NCBI GenBank assembly: GCA_963717935.1 | Contig: CAVQXP010000002.1 | Coordinates: forward strand, 192,001-256,000 | Length of the DNA: 64,000 nucleotides | Origin: Candidatus Eiseniibacteriota bacterium | Lineage (GTDB): Bacteria; Eisenbacteria; RBG-16-71-46 | Direction: 5' to 3' | Part shown: positions 37,934 to 47,248 of the stretch, one piece after another | Layout: the number at the start of each line of letters is the position of its first letter | Position numbering within the stretch: the first letter of the stretch is position 1 | Position numbers and translations under genes: made by a program | The notes under the pieces: generated by a model | What the model saw: only the letters and a program-made list of their open reading frames with translations | Told to the model about the DNA's origin: nothing | The model's database searches: none

Positions 37934-38518
37934 ATGGGACTGGTTCCCATCGTGGTGGAACAGACGGGCCGCGGCGAGCGCGCCTACGACATCTACTCGC
38001 GGCTGCTCAAGGACCGCATCATCTTCATCGGCACGCCCATCGACGACACGATCGCCAACCTGGTGATCGCGCAGATGATCTTCCTCGAGGGCGAGGATCC
38101 CGATCGCGACATCAACCTGTACATCCACAGCCCGGGCGGCTACGTGACCGCCGGGCTCGCCATCTACGACACCATGCAGTTCGTGAAGCCCCCCGTGGCC
38201 ACGCTCTGCATGGGGCAGGCGGCCAGCATGGCCGCGGTGCTGCTGGCGGCGGGGGCGAAGGGCAAGCGCTCGGCCCTGCCCAACTCGCGCATCATGATCC
38301 ACCAGCCCTCGGGTGGCACGCAGGGACAGACCACCGACATCGAGATCTACACCAGGGAGATGGTCAAGATGCGCGACCAACTCAACGGCATCATGGCCAA
38401 GCACACCGGCAAGTCCGTGGAGCAGATTTCGAAGGACATGGACCGCAACTACTTCATGTCGGTCGAGGAGTCCAAGGAGTACGGTCTCATCGACGAGATC
38501 ATCGAGAAACGCCGTTAG
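37934..38518 (+). CDS. clpP: ATP-dependent Clp protease proteolytic subunit
   Basis: [38 protein letters not shown]. Confidence 0.97.
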   Translation: MGLVPIVVEQTGRGERAYDIYSRLLKDRIIFIGTPIDDTIANLVIAQMIFLEGEDPDRDINLYIHSPGGYVTAGLAIYDTMQFVKPPVATLCMGQAASMAAVLLAAGAKGKRSALPNSRIMIHQPSGGTQGQTTDIEIYTREMVKMRDQLNGIMAKHTGKSVEQISKDMDRNYFMSVEESKEYGLIDEIIEKRR

Positions 38519-38533
38519 GAAGACGGGACCCCG

Positions 38534-39793
<1,260 letters not shown>

Positions 39794-40043
39794 GCCCGGT
39801 TCCGCGCGGCCGGGCTTCAGCCCGGCTGCGCGCCGCCCGCCCCGGGCGGGCCGCCAGCGCCCCACTCGCATCCCATCGACTCAGGCTGTAGTCTGACGCG
39901 CGCGTGAGCCCTGCGCGGGGGACCGGTCCCGGCCGGCCCGCGTGCGACGATGCGCCCCGGCGCGACCCGCGCGGCGCCCACCCGGGAGGCGGGGCCGGGG
40001 TCCCGCGAGCACGGTCCGCACGAACCCGCACCAAGGAGCCCCT

Positions 40044-42575
40044 GTGTCGCCCAGCAGCCCCCGCACGAAGCGCCGCCCGCCCGCGAAGCCGGAGTCCGCC
40101 CCGGCCGGGGCTCCCGCGAAGAAGAAGCCCGGGCCGGGCCCGGCGCTCGTGGTCACCCGCGGGGAGGAGACCTTCCAGGTTCGCGACCGCCTGCCGCTGC
40201 TGCCGCTGCGCGACGTCGTCGTGTTCCCCTCGATGACCATCCCGCTGCTGGTGGGGCGGCTGCCTTCCATCAGCGCGCTCGAGAAGGCCGTGGCGCGTGA
40301 CCGGTTGCTGTTCGTCACGGCGCAGACGCGCAGCGAGGTGGCCGATCCGACTCACGAGGAGCTCTACCCGGTGGGCACGCTGGCGCGCGTGCTCCAGCTC
40401 TTTCGTCTGCCCGACGGCACCATGCGGGTGCTGGTCGAGGGCCTGGTCCGCTGCCGTGCCCGGCGCTTCCTCTGGTCGAACGACTACTTCACGGTGAAGC
40501 TCGCGCTCGTGCCCGAGGCTCCGCCGGCTGGCGGGCCGGAACTGGAGGCGGCCCAGCGGCACGTATTGGGGCAGTTCAACGACTACGTGCACCTGAACCG
40601 GCGCATCCCTGACGAGGTCCTCACCACCGCCAGCGCCCTGACCGACCCGATGGCCCTGAGCTACACGCTCGCGGCGCACCTGCTGGTCAAGGTCTCGCAG
40701 AAGCAGCGGCTGCTCGAGGCTGCGGGCCCGGCCGAGCGGCTGCGCCTGCTGGGCGAGATGCTGGGAGCGGAGCTGGAGATCCTCAAGCTCGAGCGCAAGA
40801 TCGAGGGGCAGGTCCGCTCGCAGGTACACCGCAATCAGAAGGAGTTCTATCTCAACGAGCAGCTCAAGGCGATCCGCAAGGAGCTCGGCCACCAGAACGA
40901 GTTCGCCAGCGAGATCGACGATCTGAGCGTGGCCATCCGCAAGGCCCGCCTGCCGCGCGAGGTGCTGGCGAAGGCGATGAAGGAGCTGGACCGCCTCTCC
41001 AAGATGAGCTTCATGTCGCCCGAGGCGACGGTGGTGCGCAACTACCTGGACTGGCTGGTGTCGCTGCCCTGGGCCAGGGCCTCCCGCGACCAGAGCGACA
41101 TGGCGAAGGTCGAGAGCATCCTCGACGAAGACCACTTCGGACTGCAGAAGGTGAAGGAGCGCATCGTCGAGTATCTGGCGGTGCTCAAGCTGACGAAGAA
41201 GAACAAGGGCCCCATCCTGTGTCTGGTGGGGCCGCCGGGGGTGGGCAAGACCTCGCTTGGCCGCTCGATCGCACGGGCGCTCTCGCGCCGTTTCGTGCGC
41301 GTCGCGCTCGGTGGCGTGCGCGACGAGGCCGAGATCCGGGGGCACCGGCGCACCTACATCGGCTCGCTGCCGGGACGCGTCATCCAGAGCATCCGCCGGG
41401 CGGGCACGCGGAACCCGGTATTCCTGCTCGACGAGATCGACAAGCTCGGCGCCGATTTCCGCGGCGACCCCGCCTCGGCGCTGCTCGAGGTGCTGGATCC
41501 CGAGCAGAACCACACCTTCAACGACCACTACCTCGAAGTGGACTTCGACCTCTCGCAGGTGATGTTCATCTGCACGGCCAACTCCCAGCACTCGATCCCG
41601 CCGGCGCTCGTGGACCGCATGGAAACCCTCCGGCTGCCGTCCTATCACGAGAGCGAGAAGGTGCAGATCGCGCGGCGCTTCCTCATTCCCAAGCAGATCA
41701 AGGCGGCCGGACTCGAGCCCGCCAACCTGCAGATCGCCGCGCCGGCGCTGGCCGCGCTCATCCGCAGCTACACGCGCGAGGCCGGTGTGCGGAATCTGGA
41801 GCGCGAGATCGCCGGGCTGTGCCGCAAGGCGGCCAGGCGCAAGGCGGCGGGCCAGCTGGAGGGGGCGATGAACGTCACGCTCTCCAACCTGCACCGCTTC
41901 CTGGGGCCGCCCAAGTACATCGACCTGGCGGTGGAGCGCGTGGACCGGGTGGGCCTCGCGAACGGCCTGGCCTGGACCGAGGCGGGGGGCGACGTGCTCA
42001 CGATCGAGGTCAGCATCCTGCCCGGCAAGGGCGAGCTGCAGCTCACCGGGAAGCTGGGCGAGGTGATGCGCGAGTCCGCGCACGCGGCGCTCACCTGGAT
42101 CCGCTCCCGCGCCGAGCGCCTGGGACTCGACAAGCACTTCCACCGCGAGGTCGACGTGCACGTGCACGTGCCCGAGGGAGCCACGCCCAAGGACGGCCCT
42201 TCCGCCGGCATCTCGATCGCCCTGGCGATGGTGAGCGCGCTCACCGGCATCCCGACGCGGCACGAGGTCGCCATGACCGGCGAGATCACGCTGCGCGGGA
42301 ACGTCATCGCCGTGGGCGGCCTCACCGAGAAATCGCTGGCCGCCCGGCGCGCCGGTCTCGAGGTGATGCTGCTGCCCCGGTCGAACGAGAAGGACATCGC
42401 GGAGATGCCCGAGGAGGTGCGGGAGGGGCTCGAGCTCGTGCTGGTCGAGAGCATGGACCAGGTCCTCGATCGGGCGCTCGAACGCAAGGTCGAGCCGCGC
42501 ACCGCCGCGCCGCCGCCGCCGGCCGCGCCCGTCGTGAAACCACAGGAGGAGGGGCCGGCGGAGTACGCGCACTGA
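40044..42575 (+). CDS. lon: Lon protease
   Basis: AAGGAG RBS plus GTG, LPLRDVVVFP, GPPGVGKTS, RGHRRTYIG, PKDGPSAG (catalytic Ser), MTGEITLRG. Confidence 0.96.
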   Translation: MSPSSPRTKRRPPAKPESAPAGAPAKKKPGPGPALVVTRGEETFQVRDRLPLLPLRDVVVFPSMTIPLLVGRLPSISALEKAVARDRLLFVTAQTRSEVADPTHEELYPVGTLARVLQLFRLPDGTMRVLVEGLVRCRARRFLWSNDYFTVKLALVPEAPPAGGPELEAAQRHVLGQFNDYVHLNRRIPDEVLTTASALTDPMALSYTLAAHLLVKVSQKQRLLEAAGPAERLRLLGEMLGAELEILKLERKIEGQVRSQVHRNQKEFYLNEQLKAIRKELGHQNEFASEIDDLSVAIRKARLPREVLAKAMKELDRLSKMSFMSPEATVVRNYLDWLVSLPWARASRDQSDMAKVESILDEDHFGLQKVKERIVEYLAVLKLTKKNKGPILCLVGPPGVGKTSLGRSIARALSRRFVRVALGGVRDEAEIRGHRRTYIGSLPGRVIQSIRRAGTRNPVFLLDEIDKLGADFRGDPASALLEVLDPEQNHTFNDHYLEVDFDLSQVMFICTANSQHSIPPALVDRMETLRLPSYHESEKVQIARRFLIPKQIKAAGLEPANLQIAAPALAALIRSYTREAGVRNLEREIAGLCRKAARRKAAGQLEGAMNVTLSNLHRFLGPPKYIDLAVERVDRVGLANGLAWTEAGGDVLTIEVSILPGKGELQLTGKLGEVMRESAHAALTWIRSRAERLGLDKHFHREVDVHVHVPEGATPKDGPSAGISIALAMVSALTGIPTRHEVAMTGEITLRGNVIAVGGLTEKSLAARRAGLEVMLLPRSNEKDIAEMPEEVREGLELVLVESMDQVLDRALERKVEPRTAAPPPPAAPVVKPQEEGPAEYAH

Positions 42576-42603
42576 GATACCGTCTGGTTCATCAAGCGGT
42601 TTT

Positions 42604-43788
42604 TCATGCCGTCGCCTCCGCAGGATGGAGGATGGGGACAAACGGCTGCCGGCGCCGGGCCACGCTGTGGACGGCGCCGAGCAGCTTGTGCATGCAGGCG
42701 ACGAGCGCGACCTTGGGCAGCTTGCCGCGAGCGCGCAGGCGTTCGTAGTAGGCCTTGAGCCACGGGTTCTTCTGCACTGCGGTCAGGGTCGGCATCCAGA
42801 GGGCCTTGCGCAGCCGGGCGTTGCCGATCGAGGAGCAGCCTGCGCGTCGCGGCTGGTGTTTGCCCGACTGTTTGAGGGCAGGCACGACACCGACGTAGGC
42901 CGCCAGCGTTGCGGGCGAGTGGAAGTCGGCCGGGTTGCCGACCTCGGCGATGATGCGGGCGGCCGTGGTCGGGCCGATGCCATCGATGGTCGTGAGCAGC
43001 GTCCCGACCTCGTGCTCTGCGAGCGTGCACTCGATGTCGCCATCGATCTCGCGCAGGCGGCGGCGCAGCAGGTCCATGTCCTCGCAGCAGTGGTGAACCT
43101 GCAGGCGGTACGGAGGGCCGTGGAAGTGCCCGACCGAGACCCGCGCGGCCTCAATCAGGACCTTCGCGAGTTCGGGGCCCACGACGTGATGCCCGTCGTA
43201 ACGCAGGCGCGCGAGCCGCCCTGGCGCGAGGCCGTGGAACGCCTCGGCCGTGGGGTACTCATGCAGGATCGTGGTTGCCAACGCGCTGTCGAGGCTGTGC
43301 ACGTGACGGGTGAACTCGGGGAACCCCAGGTCCACCAGCCGGTGCAACTGGCGGGTGCGATCGCCGAAGTCCTGTACCAGCCGGTCACGGTGGCGCACGA
43401 GCTCGCGCAGTTCGTCCGTCGCGCGGTCGGGCAGCCGCGTCGCCGCCGGGTGCTTCTGTGACGCAAAGCGGGCGATATTCAGCGCGTCGACCGCGTCGGT
43501 CTTGGTGCGCTCGAGTTCCTCCTGCGCGAACCGGCTCGTCCGCCGCGGGTTCAGCAACGCAATCGCGAAGCCCTCACCGGCGAGCATCGCAAACAGGTTC
43601 TTCCAGTAGTGCCCGGTTGCCTCCATCGCCACCAGCGTGTCGGTGCTGGCCCCCAGCAACTCGCGCATCCGCGCGTAGCCCGCGGCGTCCTCGGCACACT
43701 TCGCGGCGCTCCGCAGCACCGCGCCGGCCTCATCCACGATGGCCACCACGTGCTGCTCCGAGCCGATGTCGATCCCCACGTAACGCAT
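42604..43788 (-). CDS. IS110-family DEDD recombinase/transposase
   Basis: AGGAG RBS; YVGIDIG, MEATGHYW, KTDAVDA (DEDD RuvC fold), TIDGIG, AYVGVVP, KQSGK (catalytic Ser), GNARLR. Confidence 0.97.
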   Translation of the reverse strand: MRYVGIDIGSEQHVVAIVDEAGAVLRSAAKCAEDAAGYARMRELLGASTDTLVAMEATGHYWKNLFAMLAGEGFAIALLNPRRTSRFAQEELERTKTDAVDALNIARFASQKHPAATRLPDRATDELRELVRHRDRLVQDFGDRTRQLHRLVDLGFPEFTRHVHSLDSALATTILHEYPTAEAFHGLAPGRLARLRYDGHHVVGPELAKVLIEAARVSVGHFHGPPYRLQVHHCCEDMDLLRRRLREIDGDIECTLAEHEVGTLLTTIDGIGPTTAARIIAEVGNPADFHSPATLAAYVGVVPALKQSGKHQPRRAGCSSIGNARLRKALWMPTLTAVQKNPWLKAYYERLRARGKLPKVALVACMHKLLGAVHSVARRRQPFVPILHPAEATA

Positions 43789-43830
43789 GCCCGTACTCCT
43801 TACCGACGGGAGTCCCCGGGAGCCTCGGAG

Positions 43831-44010
43831 CCGATGGCCCTGCTCGCGCTTGTGCATGCGAGGACCAGGCCTCTCGATACCGTTCGAGCCCTGACCATCG
43901 GTCGAGGGCGCCGATCTCAGTGACGAGGACAGAGCCTCAGCCCGCGCGGCCCGGCGCCCCTCTCCCGAACCCCGTCCCCGGGAGCCTACCCCCGCCCGAG
44001 GAGCCCGTGT
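43831..44010 (-). ncRNA. Putative bridge RNA (target-binding loop 43904-43962, donor-binding loop 43831-43901); 5' end approximate
   Basis: Two stem-closed internal loops carrying segments that match the donor junction (ACGGTATC, ACAAG) and the insertion site (CACTGAG). Confidence 0.8.
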
Positions 44011-44027
44011 GGAGGTGATACAAGCGA

Positions 44028-44096
44028 CGGGCCCTCTCGGGGCAGCAGGGCGAGCAGAGGCACCGTGCGCTCGCCCTGCTGCCCCGAGAGGGCCCG
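44028..44096. repeat. 28-bp perfect inverted repeat (REP-like or terminator-like hairpin) next to the IS left end
   Basis: CGGGCCCTCTCGGGGCAGCAGGGCGAGC (44028-44055), 13-nt loop, exact reverse complement at 44069-44096. Confidence 0.9.
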
Positions 44097-44129
44097 CGGA
44101 CAGTGATGAGCGCCGGAGGCCGGTCCGTC

Positions 44130-44368
44130 ATGAAAGTCCTCGTCGCCGAGTCGCTCGACCCCGCCGGCCTCGCGCGCCTGCGCGACGCGGGGCACGAGGT
44201 CGTGGAACGCGCGGGCCTCGCGGGCCGCGCGCTCGCCGAGGCGCTGCGCGACATGCAGGCGCTGGTCGTGCGGGGCGACACGCGGGTGACCGAGGAGGCG
44301 CTGCGCGGCGCGCCGCGCTCGAAGCCGCGGCGATCGTGGTCGAGACGCTGGCGCGGCCGCGAGGCTGA
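44130..44368 (+). pseudogene. D-3-phosphoglycerate dehydrogenase relic with a large internal deletion
   Basis: MKVLVAESLDPAGL...ALVVRGDTRVTEEALRGAPR (SerA N-terminus) joined out of frame to a C-terminal-like helix ALEAAAIVVETL; directly upstream of purA. Confidence 0.7.
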
Positions 44369-44464
44369 ACGCGGTCCGGGCCGCCTGCGCGCCCACGCCG
44401 CGGTTTGTCGCCTTCACGACCGTCTGCTAGCGTGCCGCGCGGTCCGATCGCAAGGAGGCTCGGG

Positions 44465-45739
44465 ATGCCGTGCACCGTGGTCGTCGGCGCTCAGTGGGGC
44501 GACGAGGGCAAAGGCAAGATCGTCGACGCGTTGAGCGCCGCCGCCGACATCGTCGCTCGCTACCAGGGTGGCCCCAACGCCGGGCACAGCGTCGTCCGGG
44601 CGGGGCGGACCCTCGTGCTTCACCTGGTGCCCTCCGGCGTCATGCACGACGGCCGGCGCTGCCTCATCGGCAACGGCGTGGTCGTGGACCTCCAGAGCCT
44701 GCGCGAGGAGGTCGAGCGGCTCGAGGCCCTCGGCCTCGACGTGAGCCCCCGGCTCGGCGTGAGCACCGCCGCCCATCTCATCCTGCCGCAGCACCGCGCG
44801 GTCGAAGCCTTCGCCGAGGCCGGTGCCGGCGCGATCGGTACGACCGGGCGCGGCATCGGCTTCGCCTACCGCGACAAGGCCGCGCGCACCGGGCTGCGGG
44901 TCGGCGACCTGTTCGAGCCGGCCCGCTTCGTCGCCGCGGTGGACCGCAACCTGGAGCGCCTGCGCCTGGAGTTCCCCGCGGTCGGAGCGCTCGCCTCGAT
45001 GAGCGGCGCGGGGCTGCTGGCCGAGTGGCGCGAAGTCGCCGCCTGGCTCGAACCCCTGGTGTGCGACGTCTCCGCCGAGTTGCACGCCGCCCTCAAGGCC
45101 GGCAGGCATGTCCTGCTCGAGGGCGCGCAGGGCACGCTCCTCGACCTGGACCACGGCACCTATCCCTACGTGACCTCCTCGCCCGCGAGCGCGGCCGGCG
45201 CGCCGCTGGGCGTGGGGCTGGGACCCCGCGTCGTGGACCGCGTGATCGGCGTGACCAAGGCGTACACCACGCGCGTGGGGCACGGGCCGTTCCCCAGCGA
45301 GATGCCCGAGGCGGAGGCCGGGCGGTTGCGCGAGGCGGGGGAGGAGTATGGCGCGACCACCGGGCGGCCACGGCGCTGCGGCTGGCTCGACCTGCCGGCG
45401 CTGCGCTACGCGGCGCGCGTGAACGGGCTCGACGCGCTGGTGGTCACGAAGCTCGACGTGCTGGACGGCTTCGAGGAGATCCGCGTCGTCGTCGGCTACG
45501 AGCGCGACGGACGCCCGGTGGAGGGTTTCCCGGCCGGGGCGGGCGCGCTCGAGCGCTGCCGGCCGGTGTGGCGCGGTTTCCCGGGCTGGCGGGCACCCAC
45601 GACCGCGGCCCGGCGCTGGGCGGACCTGCCGGCCCGCGCCCACGAGTACCTGGAGTGGATCGAGCGCGAGAGCGGCGTGCCCATCGCCTCCGTCTCGGTC
45701 GGGCCGGAGCGCGAGGCCGAGGTCCAACGGGTGCGTTGA
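44465..45739 (+). CDS. purA: Adenylosuccinate synthetase
   Basis: GAQWGDEGKGK, GGPNAGH, IGTTGRGIG, EGAQG, GTYPYVTSS, YTTRVG, TTGRPRRCGW. Confidence 0.97.
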   Translation: MPCTVVVGAQWGDEGKGKIVDALSAAADIVARYQGGPNAGHSVVRAGRTLVLHLVPSGVMHDGRRCLIGNGVVVDLQSLREEVERLEALGLDVSPRLGVSTAAHLILPQHRAVEAFAEAGAGAIGTTGRGIGFAYRDKAARTGLRVGDLFEPARFVAAVDRNLERLRLEFPAVGALASMSGAGLLAEWREVAAWLEPLVCDVSAELHAALKAGRHVLLEGAQGTLLDLDHGTYPYVTSSPASAAGAPLGVGLGPRVVDRVIGVTKAYTTRVGHGPFPSEMPEAEAGRLREAGEEYGATTGRPRRCGWLDLPALRYAARVNGLDALVVTKLDVLDGFEEIRVVVGYERDGRPVEGFPAGAGALERCRPVWRGFPGWRAPTTAARRWADLPARAHEYLEWIERESGVPIASVSVGPEREAEVQRVR

Positions 45740-45796
45740 CCCATTCGTCTTCGGGGCAGGCAGGCCCGGACGGGCACCTGTCTCCGTAACATGACG

Positions 45797-45825
45797 TTGA
45801 CACTTCCGATCGTGGATCCTACCTT
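45797..45825 (+). promoter_or_regulatory. Putative sigma70 promoter upstream of the secreted-protein cluster
   Basis: TTGACA-N17-TACCTT. Confidence 0.55.
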
Positions 45826-46004
45826 CGTTTCGTTCGTCCCCCGGTTCCGCGCGACGTAGGTTCTCTCACGCAGCGTCTGCGGATTCGACATCCAGGTCGA
45901 GGGAACCAGCCGCGATTCGGGCCGCTTGAGCGGTGCCGCTGACGCGGCTGCCGATTTGGCTCCGGCCGGTGGGCGCGGCACATCGCGTCGCCAGCGAGAC
46001 GACG

Positions 46005-46859
46005 ATGAAGCGCACGAACGGCTCCGGCGTGCGGATCGCCAGTCGCAACGGTCTTGTCGCATGCGTCTGGTTGCTCGCGATCTCTCTCCTGTGGATGGCC
46101 ACGTCACCCGCGCGGGCCGACGGCGTGCATGTCGCGCTCGTGCCCGACACGGTGGCCGCGGCCGCGGGCGACACCGTCTACCTCGAGCTCGACGTGACCG
46201 AGGCAGGGGCGCCGTTCAACGCCTTCGACGCCGTCATCGGCTTCGAGCCCTCGGCGCTCACCTTCCTGCCGACCTCCCCGCTCACGCTGCAGGAAGGCTC
46301 GCTCATGACGGGTGCCTGTGCGACCAGCCCCTTCCAGTATTTCGTGGCAGCGGCCGACTCGCTGCTGATCTCGATCGCCATCCAGTGCGCGGGGGTGTCG
46401 CTGACCGGGCCGGGGCAGCTCTACAAGTTGCGCTTCCGCGCCCAGGACGTGCAGCAGGGGACCTGGGTCCACATCCGCCACATCCAGTTCTACGACGCCG
46501 GGATCTACGTGAACCCCGCGTACGCCACGGATGCCTACGTCGTCATCGGCGCGCCCACCGGCGTGGCGGCGCCCGCGGTGCCCGCGGGGCTGAGCCTCGG
46601 CGCCGCGCCGAACCCGTGCCGTTCGGGCACCGTGTTTTCCGTGGGCTCGGACAACGGGGGCGAGCAGTCGTTGTCCGTCTACGACATCACCGGGCGCATG
46701 GTGCGGAGCCTGGAGCGCGGCAGCTTCGCGCCGGGCGCCCGCCGCGTGGCCTGGGACGCCAGGGACAACGCGGGCGGCAGGGTGTCGCCCGGTGTCTATC
46801 AGGTCGTCTTTCGGGCGCCCGGGTGCCAGAGGTGCATCCGGGTCGCCGTCATCCCCTGA
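46005..46859 (+). CDS. Secreted protein: cohesin-like domain plus C-terminal FlgD-Ig-like domain
   Basis: Signal peptide ending ARA; GDTVYLELDV...FDAVIGFEPSALTF...GQLYKLRFRA; C-terminal APNPC...VYDITGRMVRSL...WDARDNAG..VSPGVY. Confidence 0.75.
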   Translation: MKRTNGSGVRIASRNGLVACVWLLAISLLWMATSPARADGVHVALVPDTVAAAAGDTVYLELDVTEAGAPFNAFDAVIGFEPSALTFLPTSPLTLQEGSLMTGACATSPFQYFVAAADSLLISIAIQCAGVSLTGPGQLYKLRFRAQDVQQGTWVHIRHIQFYDAGIYVNPAYATDAYVVIGAPTGVAAPAVPAGLSLGAAPNPCRSGTVFSVGSDNGGEQSLSVYDITGRMVRSLERGSFAPGARRVAWDARDNAGGRVSPGVYQVVFRAPGCQRCIRVAVIP

Positions 46860-47248
46860 GGCCCGGGAAGGTCGGAGAGAGGGAAGGAACCCCGCAGGGA
46901 GCAGCGTGCTGGCACTGCACCAGGGAAGGCATCGCAGGCTCGTGCAACGGAGGTAGGATTTCGTGGTTCCCCCCCTCGGAGCATCCCGGGACACCGCGCC
47001 GGTGAGGCCGTGCGCGGTGGCGGAGCGCGCCCCGCCCTGACCGCGGCCCACGGCCGCCGAACGCGTTTCCGCACTCGCTTCCCTCCTCCAGCCCACGATC
47101 CGGCCTCCGCCGATGGCCGCCGGGCCGGACGGGACCCCCCGGTGCCGCGGAACGTGATCCAGATCCTCGACCCAGGTCCAAAGGGGCCGCCCCGCGGGTT
47201 CCAGGCAGGCATCTCGCGGGCGCCTCGGAGAGGAAAGGAGCACGTTTC

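Larger units (their letters stand above)
42575..44024 (-). mobile_element. Complete IS110-family (IS621-like) insertion sequence with CT cores at both ends
   Basis: Minus strand: left end starts CT-TGTATCACC (44024 down), right end finishes ACGGTAT-CT (42583-42575); ~235-bp non-coding left end, ~30-bp right end, no terminal inverted repeats. Confidence 0.9.

Noticed and set aside
43804..43810. CGACGGG near the recombinase RBS identical to the 7-bp target flank at 44025-44031
   Set aside because: Lies outside the loop structures; a GC-rich 7-mer match is plausible by chance
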